Source: Camelus ferus
Lineage: Eukaryota
Reading direction: 5' to 3'
Length of the DNA stretch: 64,000 bases
NCBI RefSeq assembly: GCF_009834535.1
Contig: NC_045697.1
Coordinates: 83,826,001-83,890,000, forward strand
Below the pieces are notes generated by a model. That model was not told the origin of the DNA, ran no database searches, and was given only the letters and a program-made list of their open reading frames with translations. Numbering within the stretch: position 1 is the first letter of the stretch; every line of letters starts with the position of its first letter. Both the position numbers and the translations under genes were made by a program. Shown here piece after piece: positions 14,321 through 27,945 of this stretch.

Positions 14321-16271
14321 CCTTCAACATGTGGGGGAGCCCCCGCCTCCCTGCTCCTTCTGCAGCCGTGGGGTCTGTATGAAGACTGGCGCTGGGAGAA
14401 CAGTCCGCCAGCAGACACCCGGCAGTAACTGCCACTGACTTTATGTCCCACAGCGTTCTTTTAAAAAGGTACTTCCTTATCCTTACATAAGGACAATTCT
14501 TTACCTTCTATAAAGGGAGTTCGTCCTACTTTGTAAGAATAATGCTACTTATTAATTTCGATATTCGTAAAGTTATTCTGATTAGCTATGTTTAGATATT
14601 AGTTTCTTTTCATTCTTAAACCTCACTGTAAAAGCATATGTTACTCTAACACTAAAATTGCAAATTTAACCAAAAACAACATGCAAAAGACATGAAAATA
14701 GATTGGCTGAAATGGACTGGCCTCTGGCAGATGACAGGCAGCTAAGAACACTGACAGCCGCAGTCGCTGTGGTACAGTCACCTCGAAGAACGTTACTCTT
14801 ATTACGAACACAGTGGGTTTCAGTTACGTTTCCACTGCGGTATCACACCTTAGACACGTGGAATGCATGCACACGAATTTGCTTTATGTTTTTCTGTGAA
14901 GCCTCCTAAGCAGCCTCGAGAGCCCCTGTGGAACCCATTGGGATAAGACAGTACTGCTCCCTTTTAGAAATGATACGTGGGGCTGAGCTGGGATCTGGAC
15001 TCAGAGCCCCTGGAAGCCTTGCCTGGGCTCTTCCTTCCACTCTCCTGTCTTAACTGATGACATACCGGCTGAAAAACATCCACTCATCTGTCCTCTCAGG
15101 CACAAGCACGTGAATATAATTTTACTCCCGGTACTAACTTGGCGTGGAAAGACTTGCGGTGTCATGTATAACTTATATCGGGAAATTTACATACGGAGTT
15201 CTAGACCCCTTATTGGAAGAGAAAACAACAATTGCAAAACCGTTTCAAATTGAAACAGAAGATATTTGTTGTTAGTCATGTGGAATAAAATAGGAATTCC
15301 CACGTCTTTCTGTAGCCGAAACAATGATTGCTGCTGGCTTTCACAGGATGAAAGCTAACATCTCCAAATTGCCTTCCGACATAAAATTCATCTTTAATTT
15401 CACGTGACATTAACACGTTTTGAGCCTTTTTGAGGGACATCTACAAGTCTTTGATTCAATGAGTGAATATTCTGAAGATCAAAAAACCCAGGCACGAATC
15501 ACTGTACTACAACCAGATGACAATGTTCAGAGGCAAAATTTATGTGGAAGTATCTCATAAACTCAGTTCTGTGGTATTATTGCTCCTAGTGGTCATTACT
15601 GCCAGCCATTTCATTTTAGAAATTAATTTAAATGTAACTTTAATATTAACATTTAAAAATCACCGTTACGAGCTAGCTGTCTAGGCCAACGTGGTTTGAC
15701 TCTTGTGCTAAGGTAGTAATGATTAAGAATAAGCACTTTTCGATCGTTTTCCTTCCTCAGATTCCTGTCTTTATTCCTATGAAAATGGCCAGAGTCCCTG
15801 GGGCTCAGCTTCCCAACCAGACACCCAGCCACCCTTGCGTCTGCTTCTGGCAGTCGGCCCCCATTCACTTCTGTCGCTGTCACGACCCTGCCCTTTGCGT
15901 GTCTGAAAATGCCAAGGAAGAAGAGAGATGGGGATTTTTCTCTTCATCTCTGGTAGTTCAGATATTGTTAAAACAATTTTTAAAAAGATCACATAAAGTT
16001 CATAGAAAAGCCAAAGGGAGGAGTTAAACTGGAAACCCTGACAAAATCAGTGGCTCAGATGCTAATAGTTCTGGAATGTAAACGCTGGGAGCGATCCGTG
16101 GTTTGGGCCACTTCCTCCTGAGATCTGCAGGGAAGTTTGGAATAGCCTCCAGCAACCTACAGGTTTTAATGAAGGCTGTTTTTTCTTTCACAGATGAAAT
16201 TTTCTCTCTGTGTATGTGTGTGTGTATGTGTGTCTGTGTGTCTGTTTTCAACATGTAATTACTAGCAACTA

Positions 16272-16484
<213 letters not shown>

Positions 16485-16953
16485 CTATTTCACTGAACAC
16501 CTGTGGGTGAATTTCACAGGTCATTCCTCCAGGAATGATACCCTGGCATGGTTTGGCCCCCAAATGTATGATTTGGTTGAGGCATTTACAAAATCACACA
16601 CTTTATGGATGTTTTTTCCTATTTACTACATTTCTGATCCCTCAGACTATAAATTCTTGGAACAGGGGCTGTATCATCCCTGAATAATCTCATGCACATG
16701 CAGGAAATAATTCCCTTGTGTCGCCTTTCCAGCAAAAAGAAGGGGCTGCTGGGGTTGAGTGTGAGTCCTAAAAAAGTAATTCCCACTTTTAGATACAGGT
16801 CTACATTTAAAAGAGACAGAACTAACATAAAGAGTAGAGTTTTATCATCTGTGTGTAAAAACCCTGTCGTTAATGATAAAATGCGTGCGATTGAATCAAA
16901 ACATCAAAAATAGACACCTGATTTGTAACTAAATTATAAAGTACTTATATTTA

Positions 16954-17226
<273 letters not shown>

Positions 17227-18879
17227 TCAGTAAGTACACCTTCTGTAAAATATCTGGAAGACATGTTCAAAGGTTTTTGGGCTTAATTATTGTTTACCAG
17301 GGGTAAACAATACTGCGCACAGTGACAGGGGTGGGAGAGGTTACAGAACTAAATGGATCGAGAAAAGTGTTCTCAACACTCTAGGTAAAAAATCCAGTAG
17401 CTATTATGAAATCATCTGCTCATTTTTTTTAATATATTTATTCTCAAGCCATGGCAACTACAAGGAGCTTTTTTTTTTCATACACAACCTAGGCTTATGA
17501 CATTCTTTATAAACAAAGCTCTCTCAGAAGTCATCAGAAGGTCAGAGTAACAAATGGCACATCTGGAGCAAGAGAAAAGCACATTCAGGTGACAAACAGG
17601 ACAGCTATTTTTATCAAGAAGGGACTTGCTCCTCCTGTGTGCTTCTCTCCTTACACGTTCTAGGGACTATAGTTAGAAAACGGGCTAGACTTTGAAAGCT
17701 GTACCTCATACAAACATACAGCGTAAATACGTAAAATAAATCACATATATGATGGTCACGGCTACACAATAAAAGCATTAAAAGCCCCCAAAGTAAATTT
17801 TGGGGGAGGAGTTCTAAGAACAAGGCCTTAATCTTCCTGAAAGGAGTATAAAAGCATGAATATCCCTGTTCAAGTCTATACTAAGTATATTCCGAATTGA
17901 ATGGTCTGGATTCTAGTGTTTTTTCTCTCTCTTTCTCCCCACCCTTCCTCCCTCCGCACACCTCAACACGACTGATGCTCTTAATAAGTTTCCAGAGTGG
18001 ATGTAACAGTGCTCAGTGGTTACGTGAAAGCCCCCAGAGACACATGCCATTTTCTTTGACCCTTAGATGTCGGTAAAACTTATTTTGCTTACGGGACAAC
18101 TCTTTTGAAAAAGACCCTAGTTTGTTTGCTCAGTTTCTACACTTTGCACATGGCCTAAAGAGTTATCGGAGTACAAGAGAAAGGAAAATGGAAGGACCCA
18201 GAGTTCAAATTGCTGATCCCACCACAGACTTCCCAGTTTCTTTGATGTTTCAGCAGGGTGCAGGCTGACAAACCACTGGCTTTCAACCGTTTTATTTCTT
18301 CTCTACTTACTTCGCTAACTGGAGGTACCGGCTCTTCACTGGAGCCTTGATAAACGCGTGGGCATTTTAAATAGATCCTCATAATCCCTTCCCAAAGCAC
18401 TTTATAAACGTTTATATTTTGGATTCTTGCAAAATTTTTAGAAGTGGGAATCCTTATCGTTTGTAACGACACATACACAGACTTACACACACACAGACAC
18501 CCTCCACATCCTAAACTGACTTCATGCAACCAATGACTATACCATATCCACATTTTCCCTTTCCCCTCCCCATTTATTAGAATTTTACTCTTCAAGACCA
18601 AGCAAAAATCCTTCTTCTGTGAAACTTCCCCCGATGCTACCAACCAGAAGTTATTTCCTCTTCCTGAAGTCCTATAACTCCTTCTCACTTGGCTCGTGGT
18701 ATTTAGTGCCTTTTAGTTAACATTCATGAATCCTTGATTATAGACCATAAGGGCAGCATTCAAAGCTTATGCTTTCTGCTCCCAGAAGGTCTAGGACAAT
18801 GTGGGGAGGTGGAAGACTTGTTGAGGAAGATTATTAAGATGGTGAAACACTGTGTTTGGGATGGGAAGTTAGAGCCCAA

Positions 18880-19041
18880 ATTGATAAACTGGTTGTCTGC
18901 ATCTCTTCCCAACTCCAGTTGAGTGATGTTGACTTGACAGTTTAAAATCAGCTGGCTGGAAGTATTTCCACAATTGGAATGAGCAGATGCTACAAATCGA
19001 GGCTTTGTTTATTTGAGAGCCAGTCTACCAGCACACCACTG
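18880..19041. mobile_element. Probable ancient hAT-type DNA transposon remnant
   Basis: Ends in agagccagtctaccagcacaccactg, the reverse of a CAGTGGTGTGCTGG-type terminal repeat. Family assignment from memory. Confidence 0.35.
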
Positions 19042-19674
19042 GTTAAGCTCCTGTTCCCAGTAAAGCTTTATTACATAAGGTGAAAAATGTCTGGCAAATC
19101 ATGAAGGGCATTTATTCTCTTTTAATAGTTAATCTGGAGTCAACTAAGGCAAAAGACACAAAAGAAAAATTACAGAGAAGAATTTGGATTGCTATTTCCC
19201 ACTGGATTTGGATATTTTCAGTGATGGGAAATAAGTATCCTGGGATTCACTGGGTTCACTTGAAATTTAAGTAACACTTTTAAAAAAACATCTAATCAGG
19301 ATATCTCACATTATTACAAAATATTAGTAATGTTTTCATGGGAACAATTTTTTTTAATTTGACAAAGAAAGAACCATCCCCCAATTTTCTTTTTCAACAG
19401 CAAAGCTGTCTTGTTAAATCATATCCAGAAGACGATGGAATCAGTCCTCCTTCATGTTAATTCCGTACAAAGTTTGTAAAATTATATAAGGGACATCATA
19501 AAGAACAATGTGTTTTGTTTGTTTTTCAATGACTGCTTCCCTCAACACTTGCCCCTGTAATAGAATGAATCTGACACAGCAACACTGAAGATATTATTAA
19601 CTAGAAGAACCAGAATATTCCAAAATCAAGCTTTTTGAACATTTTAGCTACAGCAGCCTTAAAAACAAACAGCC

Positions 19675-19810
19675 GGTGGGGGGGTATAGCTCAATGGCAC
19701 AGTGCATGCCTCGCATGCAAAAGGTCCTGGGTTCAATCCTCAGTATCCCATTCAAAAATAAATAAATAAACCTAATTACCTCCCCCTCAAATAAAATAAG
19801 AATTAAAAAA
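19675..19810 (+). mobile_element. tRNA-derived SINE (camelid Vic-1-like)
   Basis: A box tagctcaatgg, B box ggttcaatcc, then aataaataaacctaattacctcccc and an A-tail. Imperfect TSD ...cagcc at 19661-19674 and 19811-19824. Confidence 0.85.
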
Positions 19811-20572
19811 AAAAAAAACCAGCCAGAAAAAAAAAAAAAGTTTAACAAGTGAAACACTTCAAATCTTTTTCCCTCCTGTTCCAGAGAAGTCAGACAGAAA
19901 AGTCTGGCAACCTGGCAATATTAAAGATGTAAATTCAAAGTTAAATAGTAAGGAATTAGCTTTCTCTTTTCAAAAGATTAGCTAAGAGATGAACACAGCT
20001 TAGACACTAATCAAGACTTATACTGTGCATTAAAAATAGGCTATTTGGCATATTGCCTACTGTAGTTCAAAGAGGTAAATCAAACTGAAGGCAATCTTAC
20101 CATCAAAAATAAAAAGTTATATACACAGAGCCCAAAATAAATTTCAGGGGAGAAAATGAAAAACAAGATTTGTTTTAAAAGATCAAACAAGAGAAGGTGT
20201 TTTAGCTGGAATAAAAACTTTTAAGAGAGAGATTTAACAAGTGGCAAGGAACAGCCAGCAGTATCCTTTGGTTTCCTGTCTTTTGCTGAAGTCACATGTC
20301 TGCTCCAATGCAATATAAAAGTTATGATGACACCTAACAGTGTGATTTCAGAACTTATACCAATAGGTTACAAGCTTCATTATCACCAGTGTGTTGAAAA
20401 GGGACTTGCGGTTAGTGAACTGACTGTGAAAATCGGTTACAAAAAACTAATTTGAACCAGTTTGGGAGACAGGAAAGAGAGGGAGAGCCCATTTCCAGAA
20501 ATCACAGTAGTTTTCTTTCATACTGCTCCAGTTCAAAATTCAGATTTAGAATTAAAGCAGCCCAGTGAGAAG

Positions 20573-21663
20573 TTAACTAATCTTCAACAAAGGAGGCAAG
20601 AACTTACAATGGAATAAAGACAGTCTCTTCAGCAAATGGTGTTGGGAAAACTGGACAGCAGCATGTACATCAGTGAAGCTAGAACACTCCCTTACACTAT
20701 ACCCCAAAATAAACTCAAAATGGTTCAAAGACTTAAACATAAGACAAGATTCAATAAACCTCCTAGAATAAAACATAGGCAAAACATTGTCTGACATACA
20801 TCTTAAAAATGTTCTCCTAGGGCAGTCTACCCAAGCAATAGAAGTAAAAGCAAGCATAAACAAATGGGACCTAATTAAATTTACAAGCTTCTGCACAGCA
20901 AAGGAAACCATAAGCAAAACAAAACAACAACCTACAGAATGGGAGAAAATTTTTGCAAAAGATGAAACTGACAAAGGCTTGATCTCCAGAATATATAAGC
21001 AGCTCATACGACTTAATAAGAAAAAAAACAAACAACCCAATCCAAACATGGGCAGAAGACCTAAACAAGCAATTCTCCAAGGAAGAAATACAAATGATCA
21101 ATAGGCACATGAAAAAATGCTCAATATCACTAATTATCAGAGAAATGCAAATGAAAACTACAATGAGGTATCACCTCACACCAGTCAGAATGGCCATCAT
21201 TCAAAAGTCCACAAATGACAAATGCTGGAGAGGCTGTGGAGAAAAGGGAACCCTCCTACACTGCTGGTGGGAATGTAGTTTGGTGCAGCCACTGTGGAAA
21301 ACAGTATGGAGATTCCTCAAAAGAGTAGGAATAGACTTACCATATGACCCAGGAATCCCACTCCTGGGCATATATCCAGAAGGAACCCTACTTCAAAAAG
21401 ACACCTGCACCCCAGTGTTCATAGCAGCACTATTTACAATAGCCAAGACATGGAAACAGCCTAAATGTCCATCGACAGATGACTGGATAAAGAAGATGTG
21501 GTATATTTATACAATGGAATACTATTCAGCCATAAAATGAGAACATAATGCCACTGCAGCAGCATGGATGTCCCTGGAGAATGTCATTCTAAGTGAAGTA
21601 AGCTAGAAAGAGAAAGAAAAATACCACATGAGATTGCTCATATGTGGAATCTTAAAAAAAGGA

Positions 21664-21755
<92 letters not shown>

Positions 21756-22075
21756 CAAGTGAACATAAATACAAAACAGAAATAGGCTCATAGACATAGA
21801 ATACAAACTTGTGGTTGCCAGCGGGGAGAGGGGTGGGAAGGGACAGACTGGGAGTTCAAACTTTGTAGATACTGACAGGCATATGTAGAATAGATAAACA
21901 AGATTATACTGTACAGCACAGGGAAATACATATAAGATCTTGTGGTAGCTCACAGTGAAAAAGAATCTGACAATGAATATATGTATGTATGTATATATAT
22001 ATAACTGAAAAATTGTGCTCTACACTGGAAATTGACACAACATCGTAAGCTGACTATAACTCAATTAAAAAAAAA
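20573..22075 (+). mobile_element. 5'-truncated L1 (ORF2 C-terminus, 3' UTR, A-tail), antisense to SEC24D
   Basis: ORF2 peptides [53 protein letters not shown] and [18 protein letters not shown] lie in shifting frames with stops. Ends actataactcaattaaaaaaaaa. Confidence 0.96.
21662..21745. repeat. (GAAA)21 microsatellite inside the L1 3' UTR
   Basis: Read directly; perfect array. Confidence 0.95.
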
Positions 22076-23228
22076 GTCATTTTCAGCAGAAAGCCCATAC
22101 TTCTCAAGTGTCCCTGAGAATGAAGTAAGAGGAACCACAGTCAGTTAGCAGCGTCAGATGCCTTTCTTATGCCTCCTCTTCAACTTGCTCCCAGCTCGTT
22201 CTTCTTTGGAGCATTCAGTTTGAAATCACTTCAATGTTTTTTAAACATCCCCACTGCTTTTCCAAATCATCCTTGAGAATATTATGACTTCAGCTTCATG
22301 AATACAAACAAAATGATTCCTGGGAGGTCCAGAGTTCACTCATCTGAGCCTCACACGCACCAAAACACCAGACATATGTGGAACAAATACAGAGGAGTGG
22401 GCACCTGAGGTCTGGGGGCGACCTAGGAGCTACAGACAACTCACCTCTCAAAGCACCCCTTTCCAGGACAGAGGTTGCTCACATTCAGGAGCTAAGGAGG
22501 GGTGGAAGAGTTTAAACTGGGGCAGACACTAGGTTTCAGACAATCCTTCCAAGCCTCTTTTATTTTCTGAAGCATGTCTTCCTCTCATCAAGGAAGGCTT
22601 TCCTCTTGCTCCCAAGTCTCCGTACTAGACACTCTATATTGTACACTATGAAACACAATCTTGTTTGCTAAAAGACCTTTCAACCTTTCCTTTCATGCAC
22701 TGCCTGCTGCAGTGGCAAGACAAGTGATGTACCTTGTGCCCTTGTTACAGGACATAGAGGCAGTGAAGCTGCAGAGGGGTTAGACAGTTCATCCTAAGGG
22801 TAAAAGGAAATGTGGCTAAAAAGCCACGGCGCCTGCCATAAGACAGCAGTTCAGTTTCCTGGCATTCCTTACAACTCTCTGCCACACCCAGCAACTACCA
22901 GCTTCCACGGGAAAATCAACGCTTTTGCAAAGTGAATTAACAGACTTCTAAGGTCTTTCCAATCACACTCTTGGGGTTTTCCTTATAATTTACAATGTCT
23001 TTTAAATGTTGTTTACCATAGCATTATGTCTTATCAGTTTGTTTCTTCTGCTTTGTACAAAAGGTCACTCTGACTTTTTAAGGACTGTTTGATGCTGTTT
23101 AATTTATAAATAATTATCCAGTGTTCCCAATAGCAAAAGCTATCAATGGGCCACTCAGCACTTATTTTCAGGCCAACAAACTAATTCAGCAATAGTGTAT
23201 AATTACAAAAAGAATGTGAGTTCTCTTA

Positions 23229-23354
<126 letters not shown>

Positions 23355-24490
23355 CTACAGGAAAGCAAACAAATCATATACATATAATTATAAAGTGTAT
23401 ACATTTCATAATCCAATTAAAACATCCAGAAACTCTTGAACGGAATCAGATGGCTCATTTAATATTTTGTGACCTAACATCTGTGTAATTAAATCATTTT
23501 CTGGAACATAGTCTCTGATGCTATAAAAAACAGAAAAATTGCTTATTTTCTAGGGTCTGACCTGAGTCCCACTATGAACTCAGGATTATGCTATTGAGCA
23601 GGGAAGGTTCACTTCCGCAGCACCTGGAAGACCTCATTACCACAATTGTCCAAAGCTGAGTACAGGCTTGTGGCGGCCTTGCTTGTAACACGGCCTCATA
23701 GCAAAAAAGTCATAAACTGGAAAACTGTGCCCGCAAATAGTGCGAAACTATAATTAGCATCTGGTTTTGAAACTGTAGTAAAAATTAATCTGATATCATC
23801 ATTTTCAACCCTTTTCCTTCATAAGCGCCTTAAAGATATGAAATTATATAGTAACATATAACTGTATACTTAAAAAACTGTACTGTATTATTAAATATAT
23901 ACCTATTTCTTACATTTTTATGGCAACAAAATTGAATATTGGGCCTTCTATCTGTTTAAAGCAATCACTATAACATAAAGCAGCTGCTACATAAATGTGT
24001 TGTGACTGTGGGTCCCTTTACTGGCTTGTGTTCAAACAGCTTTTAGGAAGCAATTCTTCAGTTGGATCTCACAAAATATTTAGAAAACAGAACCACAGGC
24101 AAACAACTTGAGAAACTCACACTAGAGAATAAAGAATTAAGGTTAACTTAATTTTTAACTTTATGATAAATGACAAAACGGTTCTAAAATTGTATTTTAA
24201 ATGTCACAATTATAAAATTAGATGATAATATCCCCAAATTATCTTACTAATTCATCCTCTATCCCCTACAGGGTTAGATGTAACAGTCTTCTAATGAACA
24301 TCCTTCATTTAAAAAAAGAAGAAGAAAAATGGCAGGACTTGAAAATTATCCACCTGAAAACTTCATTGCTTTTGCCACATCCAAAATCAGACTAACAAAA
24401 AAAAAAAAAAAAAAAAAGAACTCTACCGCTGTCTATGTCAGCTGTGATTTTTACTGCAAATCATTCCTGAATCCCACCTAGACTAATTCA

Positions 24491-24625
24491 TAACACAGAC
24501 TTACGCTGATTTACTTAGAATGAAAATAGCAATAGTTTCCATTAATTAAACCAAATTAAATAACACAGATTTATGTTGATTTATTTAGAATGAAAACAGC
24601 AACAGTTTCCATTAATTAAACCAAA
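24491..24625. repeat. Tandem duplication, 70-bp period, ~1.9 copies
   Basis: 24491-24555 and 24561-24625 match at 59 of 65 positions. Confidence 0.95.
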
Positions 24626-24829
24626 ACCTCTCTGCGACCAAGCCAAACGTGCCTTACCATTCTTTCATTCTCCCCTGAATTCAGCACCACCAGCTCCCCA
24701 CCATTTCCCACATCTCCAACCTACACGTTTCTTTGGAATGCTTCACCTTAACTTGTTTTCTATGTATGCAAAACTAATTCACCACTCCTCTAAATGACGG
24801 ACGTTCTCTTCCAATATCCCTGCGCTATC

Positions 24830-25720
24830 AATGACATCACCACACATCGACTCAAAGGCTTGAAAAGATGAAACTGACTCTTCCTTTTCTTTCAATCACC
24901 AAATCCTATTGATTTATTCTTTCAAAATGCTTCTTTCACACATTTTACCCCATCTCTACTCTTAACCACCCGGAAGTTTGTCATCCTGTGCCCAGACATC
25001 TCTAATGGCTTGGTCACTGGCTGCCTTGATGACTCTACCCATTTAATCCAGCTTCCTTTGTCCAGCCAAGCTTAACAAGTATGAACTCTGTAAAAACCTG
25101 GTTACTGTGACATCTTACTAAAACTGCTTTTGGTTGCAAATGACAGTGATTTGAAATAAAATCTGGCTCTCATCCTCAATCTCTTTTATCTCTGCAGCTG
25201 TAGGCATGGCAGACGGCTTTCAATTTTTCAGCCGCCGAGGCACCGTGGTGTCATCCCCTTTCCCACTTCTCTGACCACTGTTTCTGTTTTTCATTTTCTT
25301 ATCTTTCTCCAAAGGGCACCCTCTTCCCTTTTCTCACCCTGTGCTCCGTCACAGAATCTCACTTGCTCGTTTGTAACCAGCACCTCCACACAGGCGGCGA
25401 CTCAAATTCTCTCCCCTCATGGTCCCTTTTCAGAGCCTCCGACCAGCGTTGTAATTAGCTATAGCACATCTCCCCATAAAGTCCTGCCAGCACCTTACAC
25501 TCAAAATCATAGAAGTTAAGACAACATTTCTCCCACTATGCTGGTCTTTTCTAAAAGGAACCTACAGAAAACATGATCCTCTAAAATAACGTAGGCTTGA
25601 AATCTCACTTTCTCTGTGGAATTGTCCATCTCCCTCACTACCCACACCCGGTTCACTATGAAGCCCTTTACAGCTCCTTCTAGTTCCAGTACCCAAATTT
25701 AGACACCCATTTTTTTCCTT
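24830..25720 (+). mobile_element. Degenerate L2 fragments
   Basis: Pyrimidine-rich L2-like phrases (tgactcttccttttct...caccaaatcctattgatttattctttcaaaat; atctcccc...cctgccagcaccttacactcaa). Confidence 0.5.
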
Positions 25721-25727
25721 AAAAAAA

Positions 25728-25815
25728 TCTTCTTTTTAATGGAGGTGCTGGGGATTGAACCCAGGACCCCGTGCTTGCAAGCCTGTGCTCTACCACTGAG
25801 CTGTTACCCTCTCCC
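25728..25815 (-). mobile_element. tRNA-derived SINE (Vic-1-like)
   Basis: ggggattgaacccaggacc...ctctaccactgagct is the reverse of the B and A boxes. Confidence 0.85.
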
Positions 25816-25819
25816 TAAA

Positions 25820-26432
25820 ATTAATTTTAACTGTGTAAAATACACATAATTTACCATCTTAACCAATTTTAAATGTACAGTTCATTGGTGTGGAGTACAT
25901 TCACACTGTGCAACCATCACCACCATCCATTTCTAGAACTCTTTCTATCATGCAAAATTGAAACTTTTGTACACATTAAACAATCACTTACCAGCCCTGC
26001 TTCTCTCCAGCCCCTGGCAACCACCATTCTACATTTCTACTTTCTGTCTCTGTGAACTGGACTACTCTAGGTACTTCAAATAAGTAAAATCATACAGTAT
26101 TTGTCTTTTATGTGATTGGCTTATTTCACTTGGCATAATGTCCCGAATGTTCATTGATGTTACAGCATGTGCCAGAATTTCCTTCCTTTAAGGCTGAATA
26201 ATATTGCATGGGATGTATACACCACATTTTGTTTATTCATTCATCCATATATGGATATTTGGACTGCTTTCATCTTTTGGCTATTATGTCTAATGCTATT
26301 ATGAACATGGGTGTGCAAATCTCTCTTTGAGACTCTCTTTTCAGTTATTTTGGGTATATACCCAGAAGTGGAATTACTGGATCATTTGGTAATTCACTTT
26401 TTTTTTTTTTAGTGATTCACTTTTTAATTTTC
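25820..26432 (-). mobile_element. Old L1 (L1MB-like) 3' end
   Basis: ccatccatttctagaactcttt...cccctggcaaccaccattct...tgggtatatacccagaagtggaattactggatca. Confidence 0.88.
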
Positions 26433-26444
26433 TGAGTTATTGCT

Positions 26445-26680
26445 TTCCTACCCTCATTTTCTCTTGCTTGAACTACATTAACTTCTAATATCTCCCCGCC
26501 TCCATTCTCCTTCCTCTCATTATACAGATGGCTGACCAAGACACAATACAGATCACAATGCTACTGCCTCTGAGGACAGGAAGTTTACTGAGTCCCCAGA
26601 GCCAAGCACAGAGCTTAGCACAATGGAGTGCTCAATAATGCTGGCCGAGTGAATGAATGTGTAGGTGGATGGATGGATGC
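26445..26680 (+). mobile_element. L2 3' end
   Basis: agcacagagcttagcaca...gtgctcaataa...gtgaatgaatg is the L2 tail. Confidence 0.6.
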
Positions 26681-27724
26681 ATGGAAACAACTCCCTCTCT
26701 GCAAACTTTAATTGTCCTCATGCCCTACTAAATTAACAGATTCTTCCATGGCCTGGCACTTGACGTTCCCCATAATACTCATTTAGCAAAATGTATAAAA
26801 ACCTAAGAGATCAAAGCTACGATGTCAAACCCAGTGGAAATTAAAGCGATGGTCTATTTCTCCAAACAATTTCCCAGCTTCACTTCCCATTATCCCCTAA
26901 TACACATTCCTCCAACTAATTAAAGTGTTTGCCATTTTCAAAACATTTCCTACCCAGAAGTCACAATCTGGTGGGCCTGGGCCAAGAATTTGGGCAGAAA
27001 AAAATACTTTGTTTGGCATAGTGCTTTTTAAAAATATTTGAATTTGAATGTGTTTGGGGGGAAGGGGGGACACACCCTCCACTTATCTTAGTCCCTATAC
27101 TGGGTGCCCATCACTCATCTATGAAGCCCACCGAGCCACTGAAGAAATCGCAGTGAGTGCGAATACCTCTGAGAAACTGCTTCTGCTAACATCTAGCTCT
27201 CCTTCCATTTCCACATGTCCATCCTCAGCTGCTGGTTTAACCAGCTTAAGTGTCTCTCACTCTTTGAAGCCTTCCCCATCCTCCAAATCAGAAATTATTG
27301 CTCCTCTGTTTTCTTACAGCACTCTGATTCCTCCCCTCTCACAGCATTTATCCTATTTGGGTTTATATCATAATTACATACTTTTCTTATCAGGTCTACA
27401 CATGGGAAGGACTCTGAGATCAGGTTCACCTTCTTGCTAATTTGGTATCACTCACACACATCGCCAAAGTGCCTTGGACATGCTGTGTGAATTAAAATTA
27501 AATGGAGAAACTACGTTTTTACTTAGGAAAATAAAAGGCCAGTTTGGAATGAGATTTTACATTTCAGGTACACTTTGTATGTAGATATGTTCTGTAAACT
27601 TCTAAAGTGAAAAACGTTCAATTATGAGATAGAGCTGGGTTTTTATTTTTTCCTCGGGGGGGAACTCCATGGTGATTCTGTAAATACATGCCTACCTATG
27701 AAGAGTGTACCGATAGAGAAGAGG

Positions 27725-27945
27725 GGTTCTGTTCTTACACACATGGCTTTCAGCCTGGCTCCACCACTTCCGGTATGTATGGCCTGAGGCTGGTACTTAA
27801 GTTCTCTAAGCCTCAGTTTCCCCACTTAATGGTGGTACTCACCACACGAGTTCAGTGTGGGAACTAAATGACACAATACATAGAAAGCACTTAGCACAGA
27901 GCATCACACCCAGTGAGTGTTCAATGAAGGCTAACTTTATTATCT
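27725..27945 (+). mobile_element. MIR SINE
   Basis: ctctaagcctcagtttcccca...aaagcacttagcacag...gagtgttcaat. Confidence 0.8.

Noticed and set aside
18155..18688. 177-aa minus-strand ORF
   Set aside because: Non-ATG start, crosses CA-rich and L2-like sequence, and has no recognisable domain.
19678..19750. tRNA-like sequence with A and B boxes (also at 25740, 39515 and 42865)
   Set aside because: These are dispersed, diverged copies with A-rich tails, and TSDs at two of them, so they are SINEs rather than tRNA genes.
20573..21540. ORFs of 105-158 aa as an independent gene or active retrotransposon
   Set aside because: They are fragments of a 5'-truncated, frameshifted L1 ORF2 and its antisense shadow.
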